From NCBI GenBank assembly GCA_016934535.1, contig JAFGSQ010000011.1:1-43481 (forward strand): a DNA stretch of 43,481 nt, in the 5' to 3' direction. A model generated the notes under the pieces. The model worked only from the letters and a program-made list of their open reading frames with translations. It was not told the origin of the DNA and searched no databases. The stretch comes from a candidate division WOR-3 bacterium. Lineage in GTDB: Bacteria; SDB-A. Position numbers and translations under genes: made by a program. Positions 7,527-17,161 of the stretch are shown here, piece by piece (position 1 is the stretch's first letter; the number at the start of each line of letters is the position of its first letter).

Positions 7527-9410
7527 ATGATTGGCATACTTTTTTCTTTACTAATCGGATCCAACTCCGCTCATTATATGATAAACGGGAATTTTGAACA
7601 GGATCTTTCCTTGGGATGGGAACAGTTCATCAATGCCTGGGGCGCTGAAATAATCCGCGGAACAAATTTTGACCCGGATCCCGATTTCGAAGTCAAGGTC
7701 ATCAAACCTACCGGCGGAGGGCACGTAATTCTGGGCCAGATTGCGTTCGTTCCGACAACAGACATCGTTTTTTCAGCTGATATTAAATTATTCGCGAGCG
7801 CCACGTCGACATCCTGGTCGGCAGCGGCTCTGGTGATAGGATATATAGACGCTGAAAACTCCCTGCTCGGTGAGACGAGAATATGCGACAGGACAAGCTA
7901 TTGTCCGTGGATCAGCACTCCGACGATACATCTGATGGAGGCTACAGACTCCATGTGGCATTATTACACTTTCAATTTGAGCGACGAACTAACCAATCTT
8001 TCCGGAATAAATCCTGATAATGTCCAAAAAATCAGAATAGAGCTTCTCGACACTTCTTATAATTGTTGAGGCGCTTCGCAATTGGCGGAGGTCTCCGCCG
8101 ACAATATATCTCTTTCGTATAGCGGTCCGAACCCGTACGTCTCAATCATCAGCAAAACAGTCCTGGATCTGACCGGAAACAATGACGGACATCTCGATCC
8201 GGGAGAAACAGCCGATCTGACAGTCACTCTGAAAAACATAGGCGGGGTGAATTTCTCCACCTTGACGGCAACTCTTGTCTCAGACGATCCGGATGTTTCT
8301 GTAACAGACAACAGCGCAATTTACGGGGTAATAGCAATAGACAGTTCCAAGACGAATTCATCTGATCCGTTCACCGTCGTCTGTTCCTCATCGGCGCAGG
8401 AAGGGAGGGAGGCGCTTCTGAAACTGATTCTCAGAGACGGATCTTACTGCGATACTATGCCTTTGACATTGACAATCGGCATGTACGATTATCTCGTCCT
8501 CAATACAGATCCTACTCCCGTATCCGGATTCATCATAGACAGCGTTCTTTCCACGCTCGGTTATTCAGGCGTTTACACAGTAGAACTGCCTTCCGATCTG
8601 TCCTATTTCAAGTCGCTTTTCATCTGCCTCGGAGTCTGGCCCGACAATACAATCATACAACCGGGCAGCGATTACGAGACGGCTCTTGTAAATTTCATAA
8701 ATTCCGGCGGAAACGTATTTATGGAAGGCGGAGATGTATGGTTTAACGACCCTCTTGCCGGAGGTTGTAATTTCGGTCCGCTGTTCGGCATACAATCTTC
8801 CGGCGAAGCTTCAAACAACCTCGGACCGGTGTACGGTATTTCCGGGGCTTTCACTGCAGGCATGAATTTCGGATACGCGGGAGAAAGCAATTTCATAGAC
8901 TGTTTGAATCCCGTGGGAAACGGATTCAGAATACTTAGAGATCCGAACGACAATTACAACTGCGGAGTCGCAAACCAGACTGCCGATTACAAGACAGTAG
9001 GCATGAGTTGCGAACTGGGTATGCTCACCGACTATTCGGGCGTATCAACCAGATCAGCTTTGCTGGATTCAATAATGAGATTCTTCGGAGAAGAGGCAAA
9101 TTCTGCCGAGGAAATTCCGATCAAGACGGGTCCCGTTAATCCGATTTCTGCTTTCCCCAATCCGTTCACCGAACGAATTCTGATAACTTTCACGGCACCC
9201 ACAAACGTTATTTCAAGAGCCGAAATATTCGACATATCAGGAAGAACAGTCCGCGAATTCACTTTCGGCGCATCCGGCGTTGACAGATTAGTGACTATTG
9301 AATGGAACGGGAAAGATGAACAGGGAAATGGACTTCCCCGTGGCGTTTATTTTGTTAAAGTATCGGCTGGCGAAAATTCGGACCAGGAAAAAATGATCTT
9401 TGTTGAATAA
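7527..9410 (+). CDS. Candidate secreted selenoprotein, paralog 2 (627 aa; TGA at codon 181 read as Sec; C-terminal FlgD/T9SS-type domain)
   Basis: ORFs 7527-8069 and 8082-9410 are in the same frame, separated by a single TGA (8067-8069) in ...YNC-TGA-GASQLAEVSADN. It has the identical hairpin and aligns end to end with paralog 1. Confidence 0.8.
8082..8101 (+). promoter_or_regulatory. Bacterial SECIS-like hairpin, copy 2
   Basis: TTGGCGGA-GGTC-TCCGCCGA, identical to copy 1 and at the same +21 loop spacing. Confidence 0.78.
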
Positions 9411-9436
9411 AAAAGGGGGTGAAAACCCCCTTTTTT
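9411..9436. terminator. Bidirectional intrinsic terminator
   Basis: AAAAGGGGGT-GAAA-ACCCCCTTTTTT between convergent genes. Confidence 0.85.
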
Positions 9437-9637
9437 ACCTTTTTTTATTCAGGTAGTATTTCCTTCTGTCGTCGTTAAATTTTTCAATTGAATATCTGAG
9501 CATAGTTCTGGGCATTTTCGTGCAGTGTTCATCCAGGAATTTTTCGAGGACAGGTTTGTCTTTCCTGCTTTCCCGGAACATGCGTTTTGCCTGAGTTCTT
9601 TTCTGATTCGGTTCAGTGTTATTTTTTCAGAACTCAA
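9435..9637 (-). pseudogene. Internally deleted DNA alkylation repair (AlkD-like) gene remnant
   Basis: N-terminal frame MSSEKITLNRIRKELRQNACSGKA is joined out of frame to RKDKPVLEKFLDEHCTKMPRTMLRYSIEKFNDDRRKYYLNKKR*, which resembles the AlkD-family C-terminus. Confidence 0.72.
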
Positions 9638-11996
9638 AAACGACTCCTCCGACTACCATTCTGCCCATCTGATATACGCTTTCAACATCCCCGTCTTCGG
9701 CGTAATAATAATCCCAAACATTCGGATGATTGAAAAGGTTTTCAACCTCGAAATAATAGACAAGGTTCCATGATTTGAAATACCACCTGTTTGACAGCAT
9801 GATGTCGAACCTCTGATAAGGCGCCACTCTCGCCGAATTATAGAGCTGATTCGGATCTGTTACCCACCTTCTCCATTCAGGATGATAAGTCACGGGGGTG
9901 TATGGTTTGCCGCCAAGATATCTGTATTTCAGAGTGTATCCTGATTCGTCAGCCGGTACGAAAGGTAGGAACGAGATAATTTTATACAAAAGCGTCTTGG
10001 AAAAATTCCGGTACCAGGAATCCTTCATGAAATCTTTTTTATAACCGGCTATAACTGTAAAAACGTTTCCGTAATCAAAATCCCAACTGTATTCCCTGTC
10101 GTTGTCGCGCGGATCGAAAGCTCTCGCAACCGAATATGAATAACTGATCGTGCCCCAGAAATTCTTCATGACTTTTTTCTGAAGAAAAAATTCGATCCCT
10201 TTGGCGTATCCCTCTCCTTCGTTTATAAAAACGCCGTCCCAGTCGTTCGGATCGGAAGTTGTGGAAGACCTGTCAATAGGAACGTCCCGGTAATGTTTGT
10301 AGTAGCCTTCCACAGTGATTTTTATGTCGTCTGCAAAAAGATGTTCGATTCCAACGACTGCCTGTTCAGTGTATTTGCTTTTCAAAAAATGGTTTTGCGG
10401 ATCGAAAGCGAGCTCGTACCATTGCGGGGATTGATAATGAATTCCGTATGCGGCGTTGAGATCTGTTGCGGGAGTCAGGTGAAAAGTCAATGAAAGCCTC
10501 GGTGAAATGCAATCGAATTCCGTGTAATCGAATTTGTCATATCTCAGGCCAAGCCCCAGCGTGAGAAATGAACCGGCATCGTGTCTCAACTGGACATAGC
10601 CTCCGTATTTCCAGGAATCCGCTTCTTCGTCAACGTCTATGACGGTGATATAGTCGGTTGTGTCTACGATGTTGCCCGATGAATCGTATATGAAAAGGGT
10701 GTCCGGTCTCGCCCATGTCTCGTAATGAAATATTACATTTTTAGCGAACGCCCCCACAGCGAGTTTAGTGTGCCTTGCGAAATTGATGTTCAGGTCGAAT
10801 TTTGCTGTATTTTCTCCCTCGTCGGAGTCGTTGAACAGGTATCTCCTGTCGAGAGTGTCTATTATGTCATGGTTCCAAGTGCTGTACGTCCTGGAAAGCG
10901 TTAAATTATAATAACCCAGTGAATACAGTGATTTAAGACTGGCTCCAACAGTGTATTGATCGGATATGGCTTCTATCGTCTTTATATCATCGTATATCTC
11001 TTCGTCCGCTTCATCAGAGCTCTCTATTCTGATCCAGTCTTTTCCGTATATTCCGAGAAACGTAAGCTTCCTCGTGTACGAAAGATCATACACAGCTTTG
11101 AAATGGACATTGTAGTAATGCGGAACGGCTGTCAATCCGAAGCTTGAAGCTATAAGAGACAAAAAACTTCTGTGCGCCGACAAAAGGAAACTTCCGTTTC
11201 CCAAAGGCCCTTCGACTGTTCCTCCAGCACCGGCCATGCTCATGTCAAATTTATAATGCATCTTGTCTCTGGCGCCTTCTCTCAAAGTGATGTCGAGAAC
11301 GCTCGAAGCTTTGTCTCCGTACCTCGCGGGAAAAGCGCCGGCCATGAAATCAATACTTCTTATGAAATCAGTATTTATGACGCTGACAGGACCTCCACCG
11401 GTTCCCTGCCATCCGAAATGATTCGGATTGAGCATTTCCATGTTGTCTATGAGAAATAGGTTCTCGCCGTAGTTGCCGCCTCTGACAATTATCTCATTGT
11501 TCTGATCCGATCCGGAAACGACGGCCGGCAAAGCCTGTACGGCTCTTTGAACATCGTATACCCCTCCTGGTTGAGAAATTATTTCCTCGAAATCCATACT
11601 TCTCGTCGAAACAACTGCGTCTTCTGGTTTTTCAAAAAATTTCGGCCTTACGGTTATTCCTTCCATCTGAATCAGTTCCTCTTCGAGTTCGAAATCGACG
11701 TATGTCGTTATGTTGGGCCTGACGGAGATTCTGCTTTTGAAAAGAGTTTTATATCCCATTCTCATCGCCCTGAGGTTGTAACTGCCGACGGACAATCCTT
11801 CGATAGAATATGAACCGTCAGTTCCGGCTATCACTCCGGTCAATATGTTGCCGTCTATGTCGAACACAGCTACACTGGCTCCAATCACGGGTTGATGTGT
11901 GTGAGTGTCTATTACTTTACCTGAAATGGAAACTGCCGCAGAAACAGCGCCTGCCGCAAAAATTATTAACAAAAATATTAATGCTAATTTCTTCAA
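9627..11996 (-). CDS. TonB-dependent receptor with N-terminal carboxypeptidase-regulatory-like domain
   Basis: Signal peptide, ISGKVID...GASV domain, plug motifs IIVRGG and GAFPARYG, and C-terminal aromatic residue (VVFEF). Confidence 0.9.
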   Translation of the reverse strand: MKKLALIFLLIIFAAGAVSAAVSISGKVIDTHTHQPVIGASVAVFDIDGNILTGVIAGTDGSYSIEGLSVGSYNLRAMRMGYKTLFKSRISVRPNITTYVDFELEEELIQMEGITVRPKFFEKPEDAVVSTRSMDFEEIISQPGGVYDVQRAVQALPAVVSGSDQNNEIIVRGGNYGENLFLIDNMEMLNPNHFGWQGTGGGPVSVINTDFIRSIDFMAGAFPARYGDKASSVLDITLREGARDKMHYKFDMSMAGAGGTVEGPLGNGSFLLSAHRSFLSLIASSFGLTAVPHYYNVHFKAVYDLSYTRKLTFLGIYGKDWIRIESSDEADEEIYDDIKTIEAISDQYTVGASLKSLYSLGYYNLTLSRTYSTWNHDIIDTLDRRYLFNDSDEGENTAKFDLNINFARHTKLAVGAFAKNVIFHYETWARPDTLFIYDSSGNIVDTTDYITVIDVDEEADSWKYGGYVQLRHDAGSFLTLGLGLRYDKFDYTEFDCISPRLSLTFHLTPATDLNAAYGIHYQSPQWYELAFDPQNHFLKSKYTEQAVVGIEHLFADDIKITVEGYYKHYRDVPIDRSSTTSDPNDWDGVFINEGEGYAKGIEFFLQKKVMKNFWGTISYSYSVARAFDPRDNDREYSWDFDYGNVFTVIAGYKKDFMKDSWYRNFSKTLLYKIISFLPFVPADESGYTLKYRYLGGKPYTPVTYHPEWRRWVTDPNQLYNSARVAPYQRFDIMLSNRWYFKSWNLVYYFEVENLFNHPNVWDYYYAEDGDVESVYQMGRMVVGGVVFEF

Positions 11997-12011
11997 TTTC
12001 CCTCCGGATTT

Positions 12012-13730
12012 TTATTTCATTATCAATATTCCGAAAGTCGCCGGATCATATTCAATCGGAGTCTGCCAGTCGGCGTTCGCGCTTCCCGGCTGTTTTCTCC
12101 TGAAATTCAACAACATCACATCTCCTGAATTCAGGACAAGTCCTTCAAACTGAGAAACCGGAATTTTTGCTTCGAAGACCCAGTAATCGTCAAGCACATT
12201 AACGGCGCTCTCGATTTCTCCGTTCCATTCATTGTCCCCTTCATAAGAACCGGATTCATTTTTTACGAGCAAGGCGTCGTACAGCGTGCCCAGCGTATTA
12301 CAGTAAATCTGGTACATGCATTCTTTTCCGGTGTCGGGCATAATAAAATAACCGACGCAGTCCTCCGAAAAAATATTTTCGTCGCGAATCGTTTTTTCGG
12401 CGATTATGGAACTCATGTCTTCTTCATGACACAATGCCAATAGATAAAGGTTTTGCGTGTCGTAAGCAAAATAAAATTTGACATCGTCAGCAGTGGAAGA
12501 AATCTCTCCGCCTGAAAAAAACACTGTCACAGGCTCTTTCCAGCAGTTTTCATCCCCCACTCCGTCTATTGTCATCGGATTGTCCACCCTGACGGCATAA
12601 GCCTTTCTTTGAATTCTCAAATTTTTGGCAAGCGAAAAACTCATATCACTTCTCACGGGATAATTTATACTCAGCGAAGGAAGAGGATAAAGATTTCCTG
12701 AGTTGTTGAAAATAGCTTCAAAAGAGACCGAATCTCCCGGTTCGAGGTATACTGGTTTTTCTGAAAACGAAGCCGCCCAACCCTCGGGAAGATCGATTTT
12801 CAAAGTGTCACTCAAAGGCAAGCCGGGCAAAAGATTTCTCACCGTAATTCTCACGGAGGCGTCGACTACGGAAAGATCGCCGCCAACCTGAACCGGCGAC
12901 ATTATTTCAACACCTTCCGTCACCGCTTTGTCGGCGAGTTGAATGTCAGGAACGGTCACTTGGTCCCAGGAATGAACGCCCTCAAGAGATATTACGGCTA
13001 TCTCAATATTTTTATCGTCCGCACTGACCATAAGAAAATGATAAGCAGGACCGAGAATTCCCAGATGGGTTTCAGCCCCGGAACTGCCTACGCCGGTGTA
13101 TTTTATTCCGTCAATTTCGGCGCTGAAATATATGTGGTAATGGCCCGTAAAAACCGCGTCTACTCCGTATTTGACAAAAAGATCGTGAAGAGGCTCATCT
13201 TGCCCCTGAGAAAGTGTTTCAAACCAGAATGGCTTGTGATAAAAAACAAAAATCTGACTGGCTTCGCTGTTTTTTTTCAGGTCCTCTTCGAGCCATTCAA
13301 TCTGATCGCGGGAGTATTCCGATGAATTTTCAAGGCGCGAATTGTCCAGAACAATAAAATGAAACTTTCCATGGTCAAAACTATAATACGGTTCTCCGAC
13401 CATTGACCTGTAAATCGCATCCTGAACGTCGTTTGTTATGTCATGATTTCCCGGCGTGAAATAGAAAGGGCACGACAGGTTTCTTATGTGAGGGAGCAGT
13501 TCGTTCCATTCTTCCGTAATTTCCTGCTCGTTTTCGCTGTAACCTTCAATGAGGTCGCCGACGTTAATTATTAGGTCCGGATCGAGCATGTCGGCCTGAA
13601 CCAGAGCTTTTTCAAACACGCCTTCAACGTGCCCGCCTGTTCTGTCTCCCATGACGGCAAAGTGAATGTCAGCAGAAAAAACATTCGTTGCCAGGAAAGC
13701 AAAGAAAATAATCGCCAAAAGTTTTTTCAC
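12012..13730 (-). CDS. Secreted calcineurin-like metallophosphoesterase with C-terminal CBM9/DOMON-like domain
   Basis: MGD, VGDLI, PGNHD, HKP and GHYH motifs. The C-terminal domain has TIDG..DE..W, YD..NLY and W..E..IP. Confidence 0.82.
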   Translation of the reverse strand: MKKLLAIIFFAFLATNVFSADIHFAVMGDRTGGHVEGVFEKALVQADMLDPDLIINVGDLIEGYSENEQEITEEWNELLPHIRNLSCPFYFTPGNHDITNDVQDAIYRSMVGEPYYSFDHGKFHFIVLDNSRLENSSEYSRDQIEWLEEDLKKNSEASQIFVFYHKPFWFETLSQGQDEPLHDLFVKYGVDAVFTGHYHIYFSAEIDGIKYTGVGSSGAETHLGILGPAYHFLMVSADDKNIEIAVISLEGVHSWDQVTVPDIQLADKAVTEGVEIMSPVQVGGDLSVVDASVRITVRNLLPGLPLSDTLKIDLPEGWAASFSEKPVYLEPGDSVSFEAIFNNSGNLYPLPSLSINYPVRSDMSFSLAKNLRIQRKAYAVRVDNPMTIDGVGDENCWKEPVTVFFSGGEISSTADDVKFYFAYDTQNLYLLALCHEEDMSSIIAEKTIRDENIFSEDCVGYFIMPDTGKECMYQIYCNTLGTLYDALLVKNESGSYEGDNEWNGEIESAVNVLDDYWVFEAKIPVSQFEGLVLNSGDVMLLNFRRKQPGSANADWQTPIEYDPATFGILIMK

Positions 13731-13747
13731 GTGTCCTCCTAATAAGT

Positions 13748-16700
13748 TCAGTATAGGCTGTAGTAGTTTTTATCCTTTATAACAGCACCTTTCTCAAGAT
13801 TTCTCAATTTGAATTCGTAGTCTTTCCTTTTCTTTTTTTTGTTGATTTCACATATCAATTTCAACGCTTCTTTTCTGTATTTTTCCGTTTTTTCCATTGG
13901 AATTCCGATCGAACCTTGTCCCGTCAAACAAAACTCCCACAATCTGTAAAGCACTTCAGCTCTCGCTTCTCTGTTCGTGTAAGTATCCAGCATTTTCTCC
14001 GTTTCTTTAAAAGAAGTCAATTTCTCCCGGGAGTTTTTTGCCGTCAAAAATTCAATTCTCCTTTTTACTATTTCAGACATGAAAATCCATTCCCGGTTTC
14101 CAATTTCAGACGCCGTTTTTTCTGACTTTTCTATATATTCATGCGCTTCGGTCATTTTTTCCATCTTGAAATATAAGGATGCAAGATTGTAAAACGAATT
14201 TATTTGAAGTATTTTTAAACTTAAATCTGACGCTATTTCAGCGCTCTTATTGTAAGCGACAACCGCCTCGTGGTTTTTTCCAAGAAAACTGTGATAGTTC
14301 CCAAATCCTGCCAAAGCATAAGCCATGCCGATTTTGTCGTGAAGTTCAAAATTGAGAAGTAACTGTTTTCTCAGGCACTCCATGTACTTTATAAAGTCTT
14401 CATTTTTAAGATAAAGAACAGACAAGTTTCCGTAAACAGTCGCAATCATTTTTTTGTCGCCCGTTTCCTTTGCCATTTTCAAACTTCTCTCGTACACTTC
14501 AAATGCTTCATCAATACGATCGAGATTCCTGTAACAGATGCCTAAATTCGGCAATATTCTGGACATCATTAGTTTATCGTTGTCTTTTTCTGACAGCTGA
14601 AAAGCCTTCAAATTATACGTCAGCGATTTCAAGAACCCGTTCATTCTCAAATAAACACGGGCCATGTTGAAATATGCCTTTATCACAGCTTCGTCATTTT
14701 TTAAACTCCTGGCGCTTCTCAGATTTCTGGTGAAGCAATCCAGAGCCTCAACGAAACGGTTTTTCAAAAAAAGCGATTCACCTTTAAGTGACTCCACATT
14801 AACCGTTTTTACATACTTTTTGTTCTTTTTATAAATTTCAAGCGCTTCTTCTATGTAAACATCAGCCTCGTTCGTCTTGTTTAAATTCAGTTTGATTCTC
14901 GCAAGATTTTCAAGAGCCTCGCCTTCGTATTTTTTGTAAGCATTTTCTCTTATAATTTTCAGAGAGATTTCACCGTTTGCTTCAGAGCTTTCCCTTTCTC
15001 CTATAATGCTCTGGACTCCGGACAGATCCAGAAGATTCTTCACATACAAGGGTTTGTAACTGCCATCCTTTATGATTTTGTCTCTGAGAATTTTATCCAG
15101 GTCCCCGAAATATTTCCGTGCCTTGAGGATTTCAAATCTTTTTTTGAAGACCTCCCCGGCTTTTTCAAGATATTCGATTTTTCTTTCGCTTTCGTCTGTT
15201 TTCAAATAGTGGCGGCAAATTTCACCGCAGTATTCTTCATTTTTATTCTGCCGTTTTCTTATCATAGCTTCTGCGTAAGCCTTATGAATTATCTTTCTGT
15301 TTTCTATAAGAAGAGTTTCATAAACAGCGTCTCTGAAAAACATACTGGAAAATCTGAAAACACTTTTTTCAGTCCGGTATATGACGCCCTCATTCTCCAA
15401 ATCAGTCAACAAAGAAGCAGTTTCATCCCGAAATCCAATGGTTTTAACAACTTCATCTATCAAATCATTTTCAAAGTGCTCGCCTGAAACTGAAAGCACC
15501 TGAAGTAATATTCTCTTTTCTTCTTCGAAATTATCCAGCCTCGACAGCATGAGGGACTTCAGGGACGACGGAAAAGTATCATTTTCCATAAAATCATTTC
15601 TTTTGATGCTTTTTGCCAGTTTACACAATTCAACCAGAAAAAGCGGATTTCCCTCAGCTTTCCTGATAATCTCGTTTTTTATGACGTCTTCAAATATATT
15701 TTTACCTGTGGCTGAATCAATCAGTTTCTCAGAATAGGTCTCATTCAGAGGTTCCATTTCGATTTTCTTCACCACTGCGCCAGACAGGCCAAAATTATCA
15801 TGATTTTTATCGCGCGATGTAAATATAAATACATACGAACCCGTGTGTTCGTCTTCCGATCTGAATTTCAAAGCATCCAGCACAGATTTTAAAGCCGAAA
15901 CATCGGATTCATCCGACTCATGGAAATCTTCAACGATGACAATCAATGAGCTCGATTTTATAAAAGCGTGCTGAGCTGTTGCTTTTATAAAATTCACAAG
16001 CGCCTGACGCGACGATATAAAATCGTTTTCCGAATTTCCGTAACTTTGGACATCTCTCTCTTTGGCAAAAAACAGCCCTATCATTTCGTGTTTTATTCGT
16101 TCATCCGCCATACAGGAATGAATCCAATTTGAAATTTTCTTTTCTACCTCTTCTTTTCTGTCTTCTATATTAATACCCAATTTTTCCCGAATCAGACCGT
16201 CGACAAATCCAAATCGCGTTTTTTTCACCATAGAACAAATCCCGAAAAGGATTTCTTCTCCATTCAAATCGGATTTGATGAGTTCATTTACTAGTCTGGA
16301 TTTTCCTATTCCGGAAGGTCCCGATATGAAAATAAAATAGAACCTGTTTTCTTCTGAGAAACCGGACTTCGTTGTCTTCGATTTATTGATTGTTTCTTTT
16401 ATATCCGAAAGCTCTTTTTCTCTGTCGACAAAAGTATTGAAGAATTTATCACCTCTAAAATCACATTTTTTTATGCCTTTTATCAAGCTGGTCTCAATCT
16501 TTTTTGATTTGCCTTTCAGTTTTAAATCGCCGAAAGGTTCAAATTCAAAACAGTCCGTCAAAGAATCCGCAAGCATATTAGGAACAAGTATTCGGTTCAA
16601 AGGAGCTCTTTCTTCAAGTCTAGATGCAATGTTTACTGAATCTCCGTAAACCGTGAAATCACCTTCTCTCTTCTCTCCTATCTTGCCTGTGGTCACCAAT

Positions 16701-17125
16701 CCGTAATTTATTCCGACCCTCAAAGAAATGTTGAAATCTCTGTACTCATCGTCATTTTTTATTATTCTGTTGAACGTCGCTACCTTATCGATCATTTCAA
16801 AACCCGACATGATGGCTCTCTCGGCATCTCTTTCACTCGCCTTTTTTGCGCCGAAAAGAGCCATTATCCTGTCTCCTTCGTATTTATCTACATATCCGCC
16901 GTAATTCTTGACACATGCGGTTAGAACTTGCATCAGTTTGTCGGCCAGCAGTCTGATTTTTTCAGGATCAAGTTTTTCTGATATGGCAGTAAATCCATTC
17001 ACATCAGCAAAGAGTATTCCTACGTCTCTTCTCTCGCCGTCCAGAAGTTTTAAACATGAAGACTGTGATTGATTCCCTCGTAAAAAAGAATCGTTTATCA
17101 GTTTATCTATGTCATCGAAAATCAT
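13748..17125 (-). CDS. Class III adenylate/guanylate cyclase fused to AAA (STAND-like) ATPase and TPR repeats
   Basis: Cyclase motifs ILFADVNGFT, KYEGD and FTVYGDSVNIASRL; Walker A GPSGIGKS; GNPLF; C-terminal TPR-like helices. Confidence 0.9.
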   Translation of the reverse strand: MIFDDIDKLINDSFLRGNQSQSSCLKLLDGERRDVGILFADVNGFTAISEKLDPEKIRLLADKLMQVLTACVKNYGGYVDKYEGDRIMALFGAKKASERDAERAIMSGFEMIDKVATFNRIIKNDDEYRDFNISLRVGINYGLVTTGKIGEKREGDFTVYGDSVNIASRLEERAPLNRILVPNMLADSLTDCFEFEPFGDLKLKGKSKKIETSLIKGIKKCDFRGDKFFNTFVDREKELSDIKETINKSKTTKSGFSEENRFYFIFISGPSGIGKSRLVNELIKSDLNGEEILFGICSMVKKTRFGFVDGLIREKLGINIEDRKEEVEKKISNWIHSCMADERIKHEMIGLFFAKERDVQSYGNSENDFISSRQALVNFIKATAQHAFIKSSSLIVIVEDFHESDESDVSALKSVLDALKFRSEDEHTGSYVFIFTSRDKNHDNFGLSGAVVKKIEMEPLNETYSEKLIDSATGKNIFEDVIKNEIIRKAEGNPLFLVELCKLAKSIKRNDFMENDTFPSSLKSLMLSRLDNFEEEKRILLQVLSVSGEHFENDLIDEVVKTIGFRDETASLLTDLENEGVIYRTEKSVFRFSSMFFRDAVYETLLIENRKIIHKAYAEAMIRKRQNKNEEYCGEICRHYLKTDESERKIEYLEKAGEVFKKRFEILKARKYFGDLDKILRDKIIKDGSYKPLYVKNLLDLSGVQSIIGERESSEANGEISLKIIRENAYKKYEGEALENLARIKLNLNKTNEADVYIEEALEIYKKNKKYVKTVNVESLKGESLFLKNRFVEALDCFTRNLRSARSLKNDEAVIKAYFNMARVYLRMNGFLKSLTYNLKAFQLSEKDNDKLMMSRILPNLGICYRNLDRIDEAFEVYERSLKMAKETGDKKMIATVYGNLSVLYLKNEDFIKYMECLRKQLLLNFELHDKIGMAYALAGFGNYHSFLGKNHEAVVAYNKSAEIASDLSLKILQINSFYNLASLYFKMEKMTEAHEYIEKSEKTASEIGNREWIFMSEIVKRRIEFLTAKNSREKLTSFKETEKMLDTYTNREARAEVLYRLWEFCLTGQGSIGIPMEKTEKYRKEALKLICEINKKKKRKDYEFKLRNLEKGAVIKDKNYYSLY

Positions 17126-17161
17126 ATCAGTAATAATTATATTCTTTTTATTCGATCATTA

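Noticed and set aside
6068-8069. Genome-wide reassignment of TGA to Trp or Gly (code 4 or 25) as the explanation for the in-frame TGAs
   Set aside because: TGA ends many genes at their natural C-termini here (rmuC, TonB receptor, cyclase, fbaB), and no other long gene in the window is interrupted by TGA.
5522-9410. Four separate genes or two nonsense pseudogenes
   Set aside because: The same codon, frame, Cys context and hairpin occur in two diverged paralogs with no other lesions, and the downstream halves lack an RBS and a leader. Not formally excluded without the sel genes.
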